Below are positions 12,737 through 25,081 of a stretch of 64,000 nucleotides of DNA, one piece after another. Source of the stretch: Macrostomum lignano (Eukaryota); the NCBI GenBank assembly GCA_002269645.1, contig NIVC01000142.1, positions 310,001-374,000 of the forward strand, read 5' to 3'. How positions within the stretch are numbered: position 1 is the first letter of the stretch; every line of letters begins with the position of its first letter. The notes beneath the pieces were generated by a model. It was not told the DNA's origin. It saw only the letters and a program-made list of their open reading frames with translations, and ran no database searches. The position numbers and the translations under genes were made by a program.

Positions 12737-14505
12737 CATGTTTGTTTATATTATAAATTTTATTTTATTTAAATTAGCCACATTATTATTAATTATATAA
12801 CTAGGCATAGTTATATTATTTAACAAGACTTAAAAATCTAAACTTATTTAATAGGAAATGCTTAGCATTTAAAATACTGGATCTTATTCTTATAATCCTC
12901 TATATATAGCCAGCCAGGGCCTAGTCTGTGACCAATTGTTGAGAAAATTTATAGCTCAAGCTCATTAGATAAACCATTATAGAATTCTTGCATAAAAATT
13001 GCAATACACTGAAATTAAAAAATCCTTTGATTTAAAAATTTAATGCCCTTCGATTTAAAAGGCCCTGGACGCCTCACCCCGTAAATCCGCCAATGCAATC
13101 TAAATATACTAAATAATATACTAGGCGGCCTACTTAATACTGATAGGTTCGGTTGCGCATGGCTGAAATTAGCTAATAAATTCGATCGCAAATCACGTTT
13201 GAGCATTATTTCTATCCGTTTCTGTTTTTTTATGCTTACTAATATGAAAGGTCTAAGCAAAACAAAACATGCAAGTCTGTAGTCTCTGATTCTGCAGGAA
13301 GAATTACTTGAGTCCCACGTTACCCATTTTAAAAAATAAATTGCGGCGTCATAAGCTTGAACTCAATTAATGTGTATTCGATTGTAAAGTTAAAAGTCTT
13401 TTTTGAAATAAAGAAATATAAACTACGTGAACTTATAAAGCTACATAATTATTACATCATTTAAAAAGTACTAACAATAAATTTGTTATGTCAATTAATC
13501 CTTTCTAAAAAAGCTTTGTCGCCAAAATTTAACATGTGGAATTTCAGAGACTAATTTAAGTTGTTACCTTAAAAGTTTGAGACTACTGGTGTTTATTCGT
13601 CATACTCAAAAGTTTTCTGGCTGTTACCCAATAAGAGATTGATTTTTAAACCATTTTTGTGCTACATGCTCTATTTTCGTGCAAGAGCAATGAGCATATT
13701 TGTCTATTGAGAGCACACTGTTTTATAATTAAAAATGATGTGCTCTTGTATTTGCTCCAGAAAAATTACAGAAAGGAAGTCCACACAACATTTACTGTAT
13801 GTTGAGTTAACTATTTTGAAAAAACAAGCAATTATTTTACTATTTGTACTATTAATTAAGAGCAGTCACAACAAGTTATTAAACGTGATTAGTTTGTTCA
13901 ATTGTTATCAATCGAATTACGGTTACTTTATTTTATTTAAATACTCCTCATACTTGCTAAATTTAGTGGAGTACATTGTTTTTGAAGTCTCTTTTGCTGT
14001 TTTAGGTATACAAGTCGCATAGCGATTATGTTTTTTGTACTAGTCTAGGATTACAATATGTTGTACAATCAATTGTTTATTATAGATATATTACATATAC
14101 ATCATCGAAACTTGCCTTTACACATAGGAGCAAACTACACGTATAAACATTCCAGAATATGAATATAAAAATAATATCTAAACAATTTTTAGCTAGGATG
14201 TATTGAATGCTAGCTTATAAGCTTTTTTGCTGATTTTTTAGCTCGCAATTGGCTGTACTTTTGCGAACTGAAGTCGATAAATTAGATTATGTCTCGATAC
14301 TCTAAAGCTATTAACTAGCTTGTTGTATTTTACAGACTTGTATGCAAAATATAACCTACATCTGTAAACTTACGTTCAATTGGTTTTCCTAATTTTTATG
14401 AGGCGCAAAAACTTAAAGTAAATTGGATCTTATTTTAAATAATAAACTATTTACATGTTCTTCATTAACAAAGAGTAACTAAATTTCCTCCTTCATGCTG
14501 CCTCC

Positions 14506-17500
14506 ATGTCTCTTTTCAAAGCCAGAGACTGGTGGCGGTGCCAATGCGGCTCTGGTGAAGAGTTTGACAATGGTTGCTTAGCAACTGGTCGCCTTCTGCA
14601 AGACCTGCAGCAGTTCGTTGTAATCGGCAGTCACTCTGGCATTCTCCGAATTTTCAAGCCGGTCAAAGGAGATGCCACGGGTACGGAGAGCACCTGTCTG
14701 GAAAAGGATCTTCGAGGCCCAATCCTGGCCGTTGCCATTGGCAACCTGATCTCAGAGGGCCGGGGCCTGGCCGTGCTGCACGACCGCAAGCTGGCAGTGT
14801 ACACCCTGAGCTGCACACAGGGCCATTCCAAAGGGGGCTCAGCCTATTCTCTCCGACTTGCCTACGAGCACAGCCTGAAGAAGAGCGGCTACAATCTCTG
14901 CTGCGGCCCGTTCGGAAAAGTGGAGCGACGCGACTTCATCGCCGTGCAGCATCTTGACGCCGCGGTGTCGGTCTTTGAGCAAGAGAGCTTCTCTTTTATT
15001 CGCTACCTGCCCAACGCTGTGCTGCCCGGTCCGATGGCCTACCTGCCCGCTAGCGACATTTTTGTGACTGGCAACTCTGCCCGGGTAGTTGAGGCCTACA
15101 AGTACAACTCGCTGGCCGTAGCCACTGACGCTCAGGATGACCCGAAGGTAAGCGAGAAATGACCAGCTCTCTATCCATTGTCAGTATCTGTACTGCTACA
15201 CTGCTCTGACTGAACTGCATTACCCTGGTCATAAGAAAGCTGAGAGCCGTTCTAAGACGAACTGGAGGTTAATTGTCGGGACCAATTAAGTTTTACACAA
15301 GAACCACTAGCAGTATATCAGGACGCTACACTCAAAGATTGTGTAATTTAGCATGCACAGCATGTTACTAATAAGCATTGAAATGAAACTATGCCTAAAA
15401 TAATGGCTGCAGAGTACCTGACTGTGCTAATCTTTAGTAATCCAGATCAAATATAATCATTGATTTTGTAATGAAAAAATAATGTTTTCCTATCTTCATA
15501 GTGTATTTTTTACGGAAATCGGCCACCAAGAAAATTACACGATCCTTTAAGTGTAGCGTCCTGATATACTGCTAGTGGTCCTTGGCTTCACAATGCAGTG
15601 GTTCTAGAAATAAAGGCCCGCATATGCACCACCAGTCGTCCTACTCACCCCAACTCGCCAGTCCCGTCGGGTGAAGCACGAATGGGTGCACAACTCCGGC
15701 GAGCTCGTGCTGGACATCCGCGCCTGGCCACGCCAGGAGGCCGTGCTGGTGCTGAACTACCGCTCGGTGCTGTGCCTCTCCGAGGCGGCCGGGCAGCCAA
15801 ATTGGACGCTGCGATTTGAAGTGCCACCGGCGGCAATCATGCCGCTGACGGCCAACTGGCTGGTGGCCAGCAGCACCGGCCAGCTGCTGGTGCTGCACGA
15901 GAACGAGCTGCTCTGGGGAGCTCAGCACAGCGCGACCCCCGTGCAGCTGCAGCTGGTGACGGCCGGCCAGACCGAGGGACTCATCGTTGCGCTCACCGAG
16001 GACGGCAGGTGCGACGCCCTGTACCTGGGCACCGACCCCAGCCTGCCGATCATGAATCCGAGCTCGGCGTTCCGCGATCTGGACGTGACCAGGCTGGACG
16101 GCGAGCTGCGGGCGATTCAAGGCCGAATCCGGCAGGCCACCAGCGGCGCCTCCCTGCCAGCCGTCAAGGAGACCGCCGACCTGCAGCTGAACTTCCACGT
16201 GGCCGCTTCGTCGCGTCCGATTGGTGCAGCTCCAGAAGTTTCAGTGACAGTTCAGGTAAATTTGCATTGCAGCAACCTCATAAATAACAATATGTTGTCA
16301 GTAGGTATTAAAAATGAGGGCAGCGTCAGAGGGCGCGCCTAACGATTTGAAAGCAGACATAGGCTGCAGCATGCGCGCATGTCATCATCGGTAGGGTGGC
16401 ACTTGCAGCGTCAGCAGCTGTGGGCAGTATGACTCGGCGCAGTTGAAGTGGCCTCCCAGATGGAATTGCCAATGGCACAATAGGTTACCTGGATGAACCA
16501 GGCGTTGTGCAGCAGAGCAAAAATAATGAAGAATGACTATGAGTAAAACGGCCCTTTTCAGTCCACATAATCAAATTAAATTAAACGCAAAATTGCTTTA
16601 TAAAAACTACTTTACAGGGCCGCACAAAGTCGCACATTCAAGAGGTGCAGCTGTGCCTGCAGCCGCCGGCGCCGTTGCAGGTGTCGCAGCCTCGCCTCAC
16701 ATTCTCCTTCGTGGACTCGTCGCATCCGTTGGAGGCCGAGGTGCAGTTCTCCGTCGGGCCCAACAGCACCGCCTGCGCCCCAGCCAGCCTGCAGGCCACG
16801 GTGGTGGCCACCTTCACCAGCACGGCTGGCTCGCCAAAGTGCGTCCAGTCCGTCATTCACCTGCCGTTCTCGGCGTGCGTCCAGCCGGTGCTGCCCGAGA
16901 AGCAGGCGCGCTGCAAGCTGACGCTGGAATTCAACAAGCCGCCGGTGCCGCTTGATCAGCTGTTCCCCGAGCTGCAGCTGCCGGAGCTCGAGCCTGGTGG
17001 ACAGGTAAATAATCCTAACGGCAAGGTTTGACCAAATGTGTTTCAAATGCTAGCTTGTACTTAATGATACAATGCTGTATGCCATTGGTTTTATGGACAA
17101 CTAAAAGTGAAAACGGACGCTACATGCAAACATGCATAAGCATTAATGCAAACTACATCAGTTGAACTTCTCGATCTCAGACATCAGAGTAAATTTTGAG
17201 TATATCGTTCCTCAGCTGTACTTATCCATAATAGGCATGGCTTTTATTGTCTCTGTGAACAACTTAAATCATTCCTTCTATTCATTGTTGAGTTTGTGAG
17301 CTCATTGAACAGTGACTTCCATACAGTAACGATCTAAGTTATCAACTTGTTTGCCTTTTTCTGTGTCTAAATCCACTACTGCCAAATGGGAATTCTCAAC
17401 TTTTCTATCATGTTGCAGCTTCATTTACCTCTCTACTATCAGTAGTGCAAATTAGTACCTGATGTAACCGCCCTTGTCGCCGGTCCGCTCCTATTGAGAG

Positions 17501-18414
17501 ACGAACGCTTGGCTAGAGGGGGCAATGACCGTAGGCTGCCTATGACCGGGCAATGACCTGACGGACCTCCAGCACCAGACTGTCCCGCCCACATGATTGA
17601 TAGCTTTGGTAGCGCTTTGTGACCAGAGGGCCAAGGACCCACATGGACCCCACCTGTAGCCAAGGTGCAATAGTTGGTCACTCGGTCATAGTATGACCGA
17701 GTGGCTGCCACCACTCTATGTGACCTGGCGCACCTGGATCTTTCTACCAGACCTCTCGAGGCTAGAGCCCCGCCTGGGATGGTTACCAGGAGATTTAGGC
17801 TAACAGGGGAGACACATGCAGCCGAGTACAGGGACTCTGCTTGGGGCATAATCGGGAACTCTGGGCTCAATCTGGAGGATTTTCAGCAGGGGATCCTTTG
17901 TGGCTGTGAGCGAGGCTGACTTGCGACTTTGATTACTAAGAGTAGTATGAGGCGAACATGTACTGTCTCTAGTTTAGATTGCTCAGGGCGAAGGGACGCG
18001 TTAGCATGGGGTTGCAACCTTCCTACTGCCATTCTGTGCCAAGACTCGCTAATCCCTCTACTGCACGCACACACGGCCCCGCAGCACGCACTCACAGGCG
18101 AGCTTTGCACGGGGAGAGGCCATTAGCTTACCCAAACTTCCCTATGCTTTGCCACCCCGGGAGAAAGGCTTAGCAAGCCATGAGTGAAATGATGGTGAAA
18201 GAGTGAATAATGATGAGGTTAGTAAATAGTTAATAATTAGGCCCTTAGGCAAATAATCAGGCAATTAGGCGGCTTCACTATTGAGTAAAAATACAGCAAA
18301 ATGTACGGTATCACAATTGGCTCAGCTCTCTAATCAGACAATGGAAAATAGGCAAACCCCGGATAAGCAAAGGCAATTAGAGCACAAATTAGTAACAGGA
18401 ACTTACCGGCAGCT

Positions 18415-18454
<40 letters not shown>

Positions 18455-21400
18455 GGAGTGACCGAGGGCGGCTGTAGGCTGCAGTCAGGCGGACAGTGAA
18501 GCGGCGATGCGCTGAAGCGACGAGGCGCTGGTGTAGATCAGGCAAAGCTGATGATGCTGGGCGGTGTCAGACCGCTGGCCAATAGGCGAGCTCACTTGGG
18601 GAGCTGAAGATAACTTGGCGGTAACAGACCGCGGACCGGCAGGGATTCGTCTTATAGACGAATGGGTCAGAACTCAGTCTGACGCCAAGTCTAAAGAAAG
18701 ACTAGGAGCCCGAAGGTGGGCAAAAGTTGAGCATTCTCATGCCGAAAACCGCCTCCTTTTATAGCCTTCCCAGCCGCCGCTCCAAGGTCGTTTCCATGAC
18801 TCCCTCTCTCTGATTGGCTGCCGGCCGAATGACGTCAGAACGAGTCATGATGATAAACATGAGACCGGCATAGCAACATGAGAAAAAGGGAAATTGCGCA
18901 ATCCGGAGGTGGGGTGGGGGATAATTGGCGCAGCGGGTGGTCGCGAAAGTGTTGCGCAAGCAAACATTGAGAGCAATAGGGCTGGGGTCGAGAACAAAGG
19001 GATTGGAAATCGGGGATAATTCGGGAGAATCGAGAACAATAGAAAAGCAAACATTGGAGAAAAGGTGATAATTAGGTGCGAAAACGAGAACAAAAGAAAG
19101 GGAAAATCGGAGAAAATGTGATAATTGGTGGGGGTAAAGAGAACAAAAGAATAAAAAACGAGAACAATAGAAGCGGAGGTGGGGTGGGTGTCGCATGAGA
19201 AATTTGGGGAGGAGAACAATAGCATGAGAAAAGGTTGCGCAAGAGAGGGGGATGAGTCATCGATGAGTCTTCGAGGGGAAGAAGGGATCACACGACTTGC
19301 GTCGCCGTTTGGGAGTTTGGGAAGGGATGGGAGGTCGGTGAGCGCACAACATACTGTAAGTAGACGCAGAGAAAGAGGGGGCAGCGCAGGAAAATAGTGC
19401 AGAGAGAGACAAAAAGAGGGGGGATAGGGAAAGTACAAGAAGAATAGGGTGGAGTGCAGGGGAGATAAGGTAGAGGGGAGGGTACAGAGAGGGACAGGGA
19501 GCTCCGGAAAGGCAGGTGTGGCGGCAGGGGAGACGGAACCAAGGCAGCAGGGGGGTGCAGCAGAGCGGGAGTCTCTAGGCCTGGTCGGAGACCTGGCCGA
19601 GTCTCGACAGCTCTGTGCAGGGGGGAACACGGGATAGGAGGCACTTACGAAAAAGTTCCCATGCCCTATCCCGCGACCAGAGCGTGGTTACATCATACCG
19701 TTTTTGACCAATCCCACTGCACACAGGCTGTGGCTTTCCGCTACCTGCCAGACAGCGCCACAGTGACTCTGGTGGCCTCCCAGACGGCCAGCAAGTACCG
19801 CCTGCAGGGCGACAGTCTCGACCAGCTGACGCTGCCTCTGCGCGAGCTGCGTCAACGCCTGCGCGGTCACCATGGCGACGCGTTGCGCTGCAACCTGGCC
19901 TGCCCGCTGCCGCTGCCGGACTACTGCGAACTGGTGGACTGGCACTGGGAGTGCCGCCAGCGGGTGGCCAGCCTGGACGCTCAGCTGGAACAGAAGGCCG
20001 CTCAGTTCAGGTGCTGATGAACTCCGCTGACTTGTTGTTGATTATGGGCTGCACAATTTGCCTATGTAGAATGCACAGACAACTAAATTACATGTAGAAG
20101 AATGCTACCATTGTAAGTGCCTTAGAGAGATAGGAGATCTAAACTGATTTGGAAAAGACATTTTTACACAGGCTCCCCTGAATGGAATGGTTTCGCCATA
20201 AACAAAAAATTCTAGCCCTAGAAAAAGTACACTCTTTACAAATTTCGCCGCAACCTTGCTTGCTTGCCGGTCTCCGGTAGCATTTCAGGAAAAAAACTTC
20301 TTGATAAGCTTGTGAGAGCATCTCGGACAAAACACAAATTTTCTTGTTTTGCCATTCGGAAGATTCCAGAAAGAGAGAAATATTGCTATTTTCGTGTTTA
20401 AAAAACTGAAAACTTTCTGTCTCGCCAATGTGCAATTTGGCAAAAATTTTTGAAAGCATTCTCGTCTGTCATTTCAACAATGATGAAGTCTCCATCGTAG
20501 TTGCCCCCCGCCCCATTTGCTCACCCATTCGCAGGGCGGTGCAGAAGCGGCTGCTGGCCAAATTCAAGGACAAAACCGCCGGGTCGCTGCAGAGCCTCGA
20601 CCTGCTGCTGGAAAGCGCCGGCGAGCAGGCCATGTCGCTTGCCGAAGAAGCCGAAGCCGCCAGGCAGGCGTTGCGAGCCTCCGGCCAGCGAGTCTGCGCC
20701 GCCGGGGCCGCCCTGGCCGAATTGCTGCAGCTGGCCGGCCCGGCCGAACAGCTGGGCAGCGTGCTGAGCGACCAGCTGGATGATTTTCCCGAGTGTGGCC
20801 TCGCTGAACAGTTGGACGCTGCTCTGACTCACCTACTGCGCACTGGGCTCAGCCGAAGCGGCGCAAAGGTAATTTCTATCGAATTCTTTCTTCATCAGTG
20901 ATGACGTAACACTTTTTAAGGCCAAGTTTACTTTCAAAGCGACCGCAGTCGATAACAAACGCCGAGACATCCAATTCCGTACAAGGACGCGCTGTAGCCC
21001 AGTGGTCCGGCGCGGCGCTCTGGTGTGCCAGCGGCCCAGGCTCGATTCCAAGTGCAGTCGCATTAATTTGGGGCTAAATTGGAATCTCGGATTGGCTCTG
21101 CTCATGAAATTAACGCCCTTGAAGGCCAACCCTCCCAGGGCACAGTGAAGTGTACATGCCTAACGATAAATAAAGTCAAAGGCCGCTGTATACTCCTGTG
21201 TGAGTTTGTGTCTGTGCGTATGACTGCGTACGTATCCGCGCGCTTATGTTTCTCTCGCCGGTTGTGTGACAAAGTCGCTTAAAGTGATGCGCCAGAGTAC
21301 ACAAAACCCCCTGTTTAGGCTTTCACGTCCTCATTGAAGCTTTCACACCCTCATTGAGGCTTTCACACCCCGGCTCCCCGTAGGACGCGATGGTCAGCGG

Positions 21401-21881
21401 CGCCGGTCGGCTGGAGCCAGCCAAGGACGTCGCTAAGCTGAAGAAGCACGTCCAGATGCTGTGCGAAAAGCTGGCCAGAGGCGCCACAATTGCGCCGTTG
21501 CCGGCGCCTGGCGCCGCCGCTGCCGCCTCGGCGGCCGCAGCAGCTGCCGGTTCGGTCGCTCCCACCTCTGCCCTGCCGGTGATCCGAGAGCCGGACAGCA
21601 GGGGCGGCATCGGCGGCGCCCCATCCGGTGAGGACTTCCTGAACGGCTCGCTGAACGCCAGCCAGCAGTTTATGAGCCCGCGAGCCGCCGACTCGAGCAA
21701 GAAGCAACGGCACAAGAAGAAGAAGAAGCAGAAGAAGCACCATCGCGACAGGGAGGACGGCGAGGAGGAAGAGGAGGCGGACATGTTCGGCTCGGCGCGC
21801 TCAAAGCCGGCGCCGAGAGAGCTGGAGAAGGCATCGGCGCTGCTGGCGCCTGCCGCTGAGTCGGCCGGGTTTTATGACTGA
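14506..21881 (+). CDS. BBS9: Bardet-Biedl syndrome 9 / PTHB1, BBSome core subunit
   Basis: Diagnostic N-terminus MSLFKARDWW...EEFDNGCL. Six exons (14506-15147, 15662-16255, 16618-17004, 19727-20010, 20535-20868, 21384-21881) with GT..AG boundaries in frame. Conserved segments YLGTDPSL, SKYRLQGDSL, QFR|AVQKRLLAKFKDKT. Confidence 0.93.
17460..19695 (-). mobile_element. Solo LTR (2,236 bp, Gypsy-like) in BBS9 intron 3, antisense to the gene
   Basis: Perfect 10-bp inverted ends TGATGTAACC (17460-17469) and GGTTACATCA (19686-19695), flanked by a 4-bp TSD TACC (17456-17459 and 19696-19699). Minus-strand TATAAAAG at ~18756-18763 with CCAAT at ~18810. No coding ORF. Confidence 0.75.
20988..21290 (+). 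mobile_element. tRNA-derived SINE in BBS9 intron 5
   Basis: A box TAGCCCAGTGG and B box GGCTCGATTCC, followed by a non-tRNA body shared with the 4360 copy. Confidence 0.7.
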
Positions 21882-24184
21882 GAAGATTATGAAGCATATG
21901 GAGCCTGGAACCTTTGGCTGGGATGGGTTGCGCGTAGAATCATAATCTAAAATCCCGGTTTCAAAGAAAACGCTGTTCAGGTGTCAATGCGGTCCGATGG
22001 AGAATAAGAAGAATGTCGGTTGAGTTGCAAATCGTGCGATTATTGCTGGAGGCGGGTTTTTGGTGCAAAATGCATTGGTAAGATGAGAGGACAGTGTCTC
22101 AGCGTCTGTACTTCAAGTAGTAAAGTTGTGCTCTTATCATAGACAAAACTGAGGTTTTATTTCGAATATTTGAGCAAAAACCGGCCAAATATGATCGAAT
22201 GTGTTCAGAATTGAATTTAATATTATAATTAATCAAACAACTGAAAATACTCTGAGCTCCGTCCATAATTAATAGCACTTATTTTTGCCTCTGGTCTACG
22301 AGCTATGGATAACTAACAGCAACTTTTTGTTATACTGTTGTTTTCCTTCTATACTGTCAAAAAGCGTAGATGATTTTAGGGTCTGTACCGTGCTCGCCTA
22401 ATGGTGTCACTCGATTCTTGTTCAATTCTATTTTTAATCAGCCATTTGCGGCATGCTGTTACTGGTGGCCTGATTGTAGATCGAACGTTTCTATCATCAG
22501 CTAGTCTCTTTAGTCTGCAGCGACTCTGTTCTCGAAATGGGTCGCATTTTACCCCGCAGCAATGGGAACTGCGGTTGAAGGTTCCTCAAAAACTGGTAAA
22601 CTATTCTTCTGTGAATTCTATTAGTTAGTGAGGTTGATAAATTAGTCTTTAAACTTAGTCTTCCCAGCCCTTTAATTTTTAACACCAAACCAACATATTG
22701 TTTATCATCAGACACAAATGAAGGTCATAGGCAGCAATGGGCTTTTGACCATAGGCATTCTCAGCGGTCGGGGCGAATATATACAGTTTTTGTGAATCCC
22801 TTTGATCTCGCAGATGCAAGAGTTACACAAAGCAAGCAATAAAAGAGTTGGTCCCATCTTGAGAATAGAGTTAATCTTTGATCTTGCTTTCATAAATGTT
22901 GTGATCGAGCACCACGTGTACTTTTCCTACTAAGTTAGCTATACGTAACGACAGAGCAAACGAACGCATTGTCCGTTCCGGACTTGGCGTTAAGTGAGCT
23001 TTAAAGTCTTTATAGTTTCTCTGATAATAATTTTTGCACAGATTTTTCTTCTTGCAATTTCTGTGATTTCACAAAATTCAATCTGCAGCACGCAGACCGC
23101 TCACTCTATACTACTTGTTACTGTAATATAGTAGCTAAGTTACAATATTACCGAACTGACTTTACTTCGCCACAGTACAGGTTGGGTACACTTGAAGCAG
23201 TTACAAAATATCGTGATTTTGTTCAATCTAGACGACTATTGTTTCAAATTCGGATATGGTGTAATTGTCGATGAGAAACCTTGCTTGCTGACTGACTGTC
23301 CTTGTAAATTAACTTTTTTTTTAAAACGACCCAGTCTAACTATACCGCAAAGACTCAAGTAGTTAGCCCACCCCCGTTGCTTCAATGCCTAACATTCCGA
23401 TAAAATGAATTCATAACTATTTTATCACTGCAAAGTAACACGGATGCTGTTGTGCCACTGTCTCAATGTGCTTGTGTATCTTTTTTCTTCAATTTACAGA
23501 GTAGCAACTGATTTTCGAATCCTGTTATCTAGCTATTGTTAACCAACAGTAGGCAAATTCCCCTTCGTGTCTCAAATATTTCATTTCAGGTGTTCTGCAC
23601 ACACGGCATTAGCCGCTCTTGATTTTCTGCCTCTAATAAATGATAAATAAGCATTCATTATTGGTTGATAATTAATTTAAACAAATACTCGTAGTTTATA
23701 TTTGATAAATATTTATATCACACAGACACCTTCGACATATTGGGGAAAGAAATCAATGGAAAACCAGTACATAAATGAAGCGATATATAGTTTTAAATAA
23801 TGAAAATGAAAATAAAACAGCAACTACGCAAGTATCGTTAATGAAAAGCTGTTGGTAAATACCGTTTTAGGCTTAAATGAAGCAAAATATTCGAATACAA
23901 CAGATAAAATCGCGGTTCTACCAGTATCTAGTTATAATCAGTATAAATTTGTATGAACCGGAAAAATAAATGATTGCTGAAAATTTTGTTTGATACTTTA
24001 GTACACTACCTCTGCACTCTTTGCTCGGATCGGAAGGCGGCCGTCGGCAAACTAAGTGCTCTTGCACTGCAGGATAGATAGATGAGAATTAAGACAGGAT
24101 GAGATGCGGGCGCGAGGCAGTGGTTCGGATAGAAATCTGGCGTGAGCTTCCTTTTAAAATGGTTTGAGGGTTTGAAAGCCTGAT

Positions 24185-24790
24185 GTGAGGTGGGTGTGCG
24201 GGAATGGGTTTGAGGGGTAAGGAAAGAAGCGTGGCGTGAGGTGGGTGTGCATGAATGGGTTTGAGAAAGGGGCCTGGCGTCAGACGGGTGTGTTGGCATG
24301 GCTTTGAGGGGTAAAGAAAGAAGCGTGGCGTGAGGTGGGTGTGCATGAATGGGTTTGAGAAAGGGGCCTGGCGTCAGACGGGTGTGTTGGCATGGCTTTG
24401 AGGGGTAAAGAAAGAAGCGTGGCGTGAGGTGGGTGTGCATGAATGGGTTTGAGAAAGGGGCCTGGCGTCAGACGGGTGTGTTGGCATGGCTTTGAGGGGT
24501 AAAGAAAGAAGCGTGGCGTGAGGTGGGTGTGCATGAATGGGTTTGAGAAAGGGGCCTGGCGTCAGACGGGTGTGTTGGCATGGCTTTGAGGGGTAAAGAA
24601 AGAAGCGTGGCGTGAGGTGGGTGTGCATGAATGGGTTTGAGAAAGGGGCCTGGCGTCAGACGGGTGTGTTGGCATGGGTTTTAGGGGTAAGGAAAGAAGC
24701 GTGGCGTGAGGTGAGTGTGCATGAATGGGTTTGAGAAAGGGGCCTGGCGTCAGACGGGTGTGTTGGCATGGGTTTGAGGGGTGAGGGCCT
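24185..24790. repeat. 94-bp minisatellite, ~6 copies
   Basis: Repeating unit gaggggtaaagaaagaagcgtggcgtgaggtgggtgtgcatgaatgggtttgagaaaggggcctggcgtcagacgggtgtgttggcatggcttt. Confidence 0.93.
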
Positions 24791-25081
24791 GGCGTAAGGG
24801 TGATGTGCGTGAGGGGGCCTTGCTAAAAAGGGGTAGAAGGTGATTTAAGCTTACTTGCTTTAACGCTGTAACAAAAAATTCGTCGGGAATTTCTTTTTTA
24901 GTTGATTGTTTTGATGCAAACAAGCTAGAAGGATCTTCCGAGATTATGCATAAGATTAATGCAACATTAAACAAATACGAGTACTAAGCACAAGAAAAGC
25001 AACGAAAGCATGAATAGACTTTGTGTGCAATAGGAATAAAATTCAATGTTTTTATACACACGCGCTTAGTGCTGTATTGGC

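Noticed and set aside
20988-21060. tRNA gene, also at ~4360 and ~48180
   Set aside because: A/B boxes are present but no convincing cloverleaf or anticodon arm, and a shared non-tRNA body follows; these are SINE heads.
22497-22893. Small minus-strand ORFs, one with a hydrophobic signal-like stretch (MGPTLLLLALCNSC)
   Set aside because: No recognisable domain, no convincing splice partners or processing sites; cannot be supported without transcripts.
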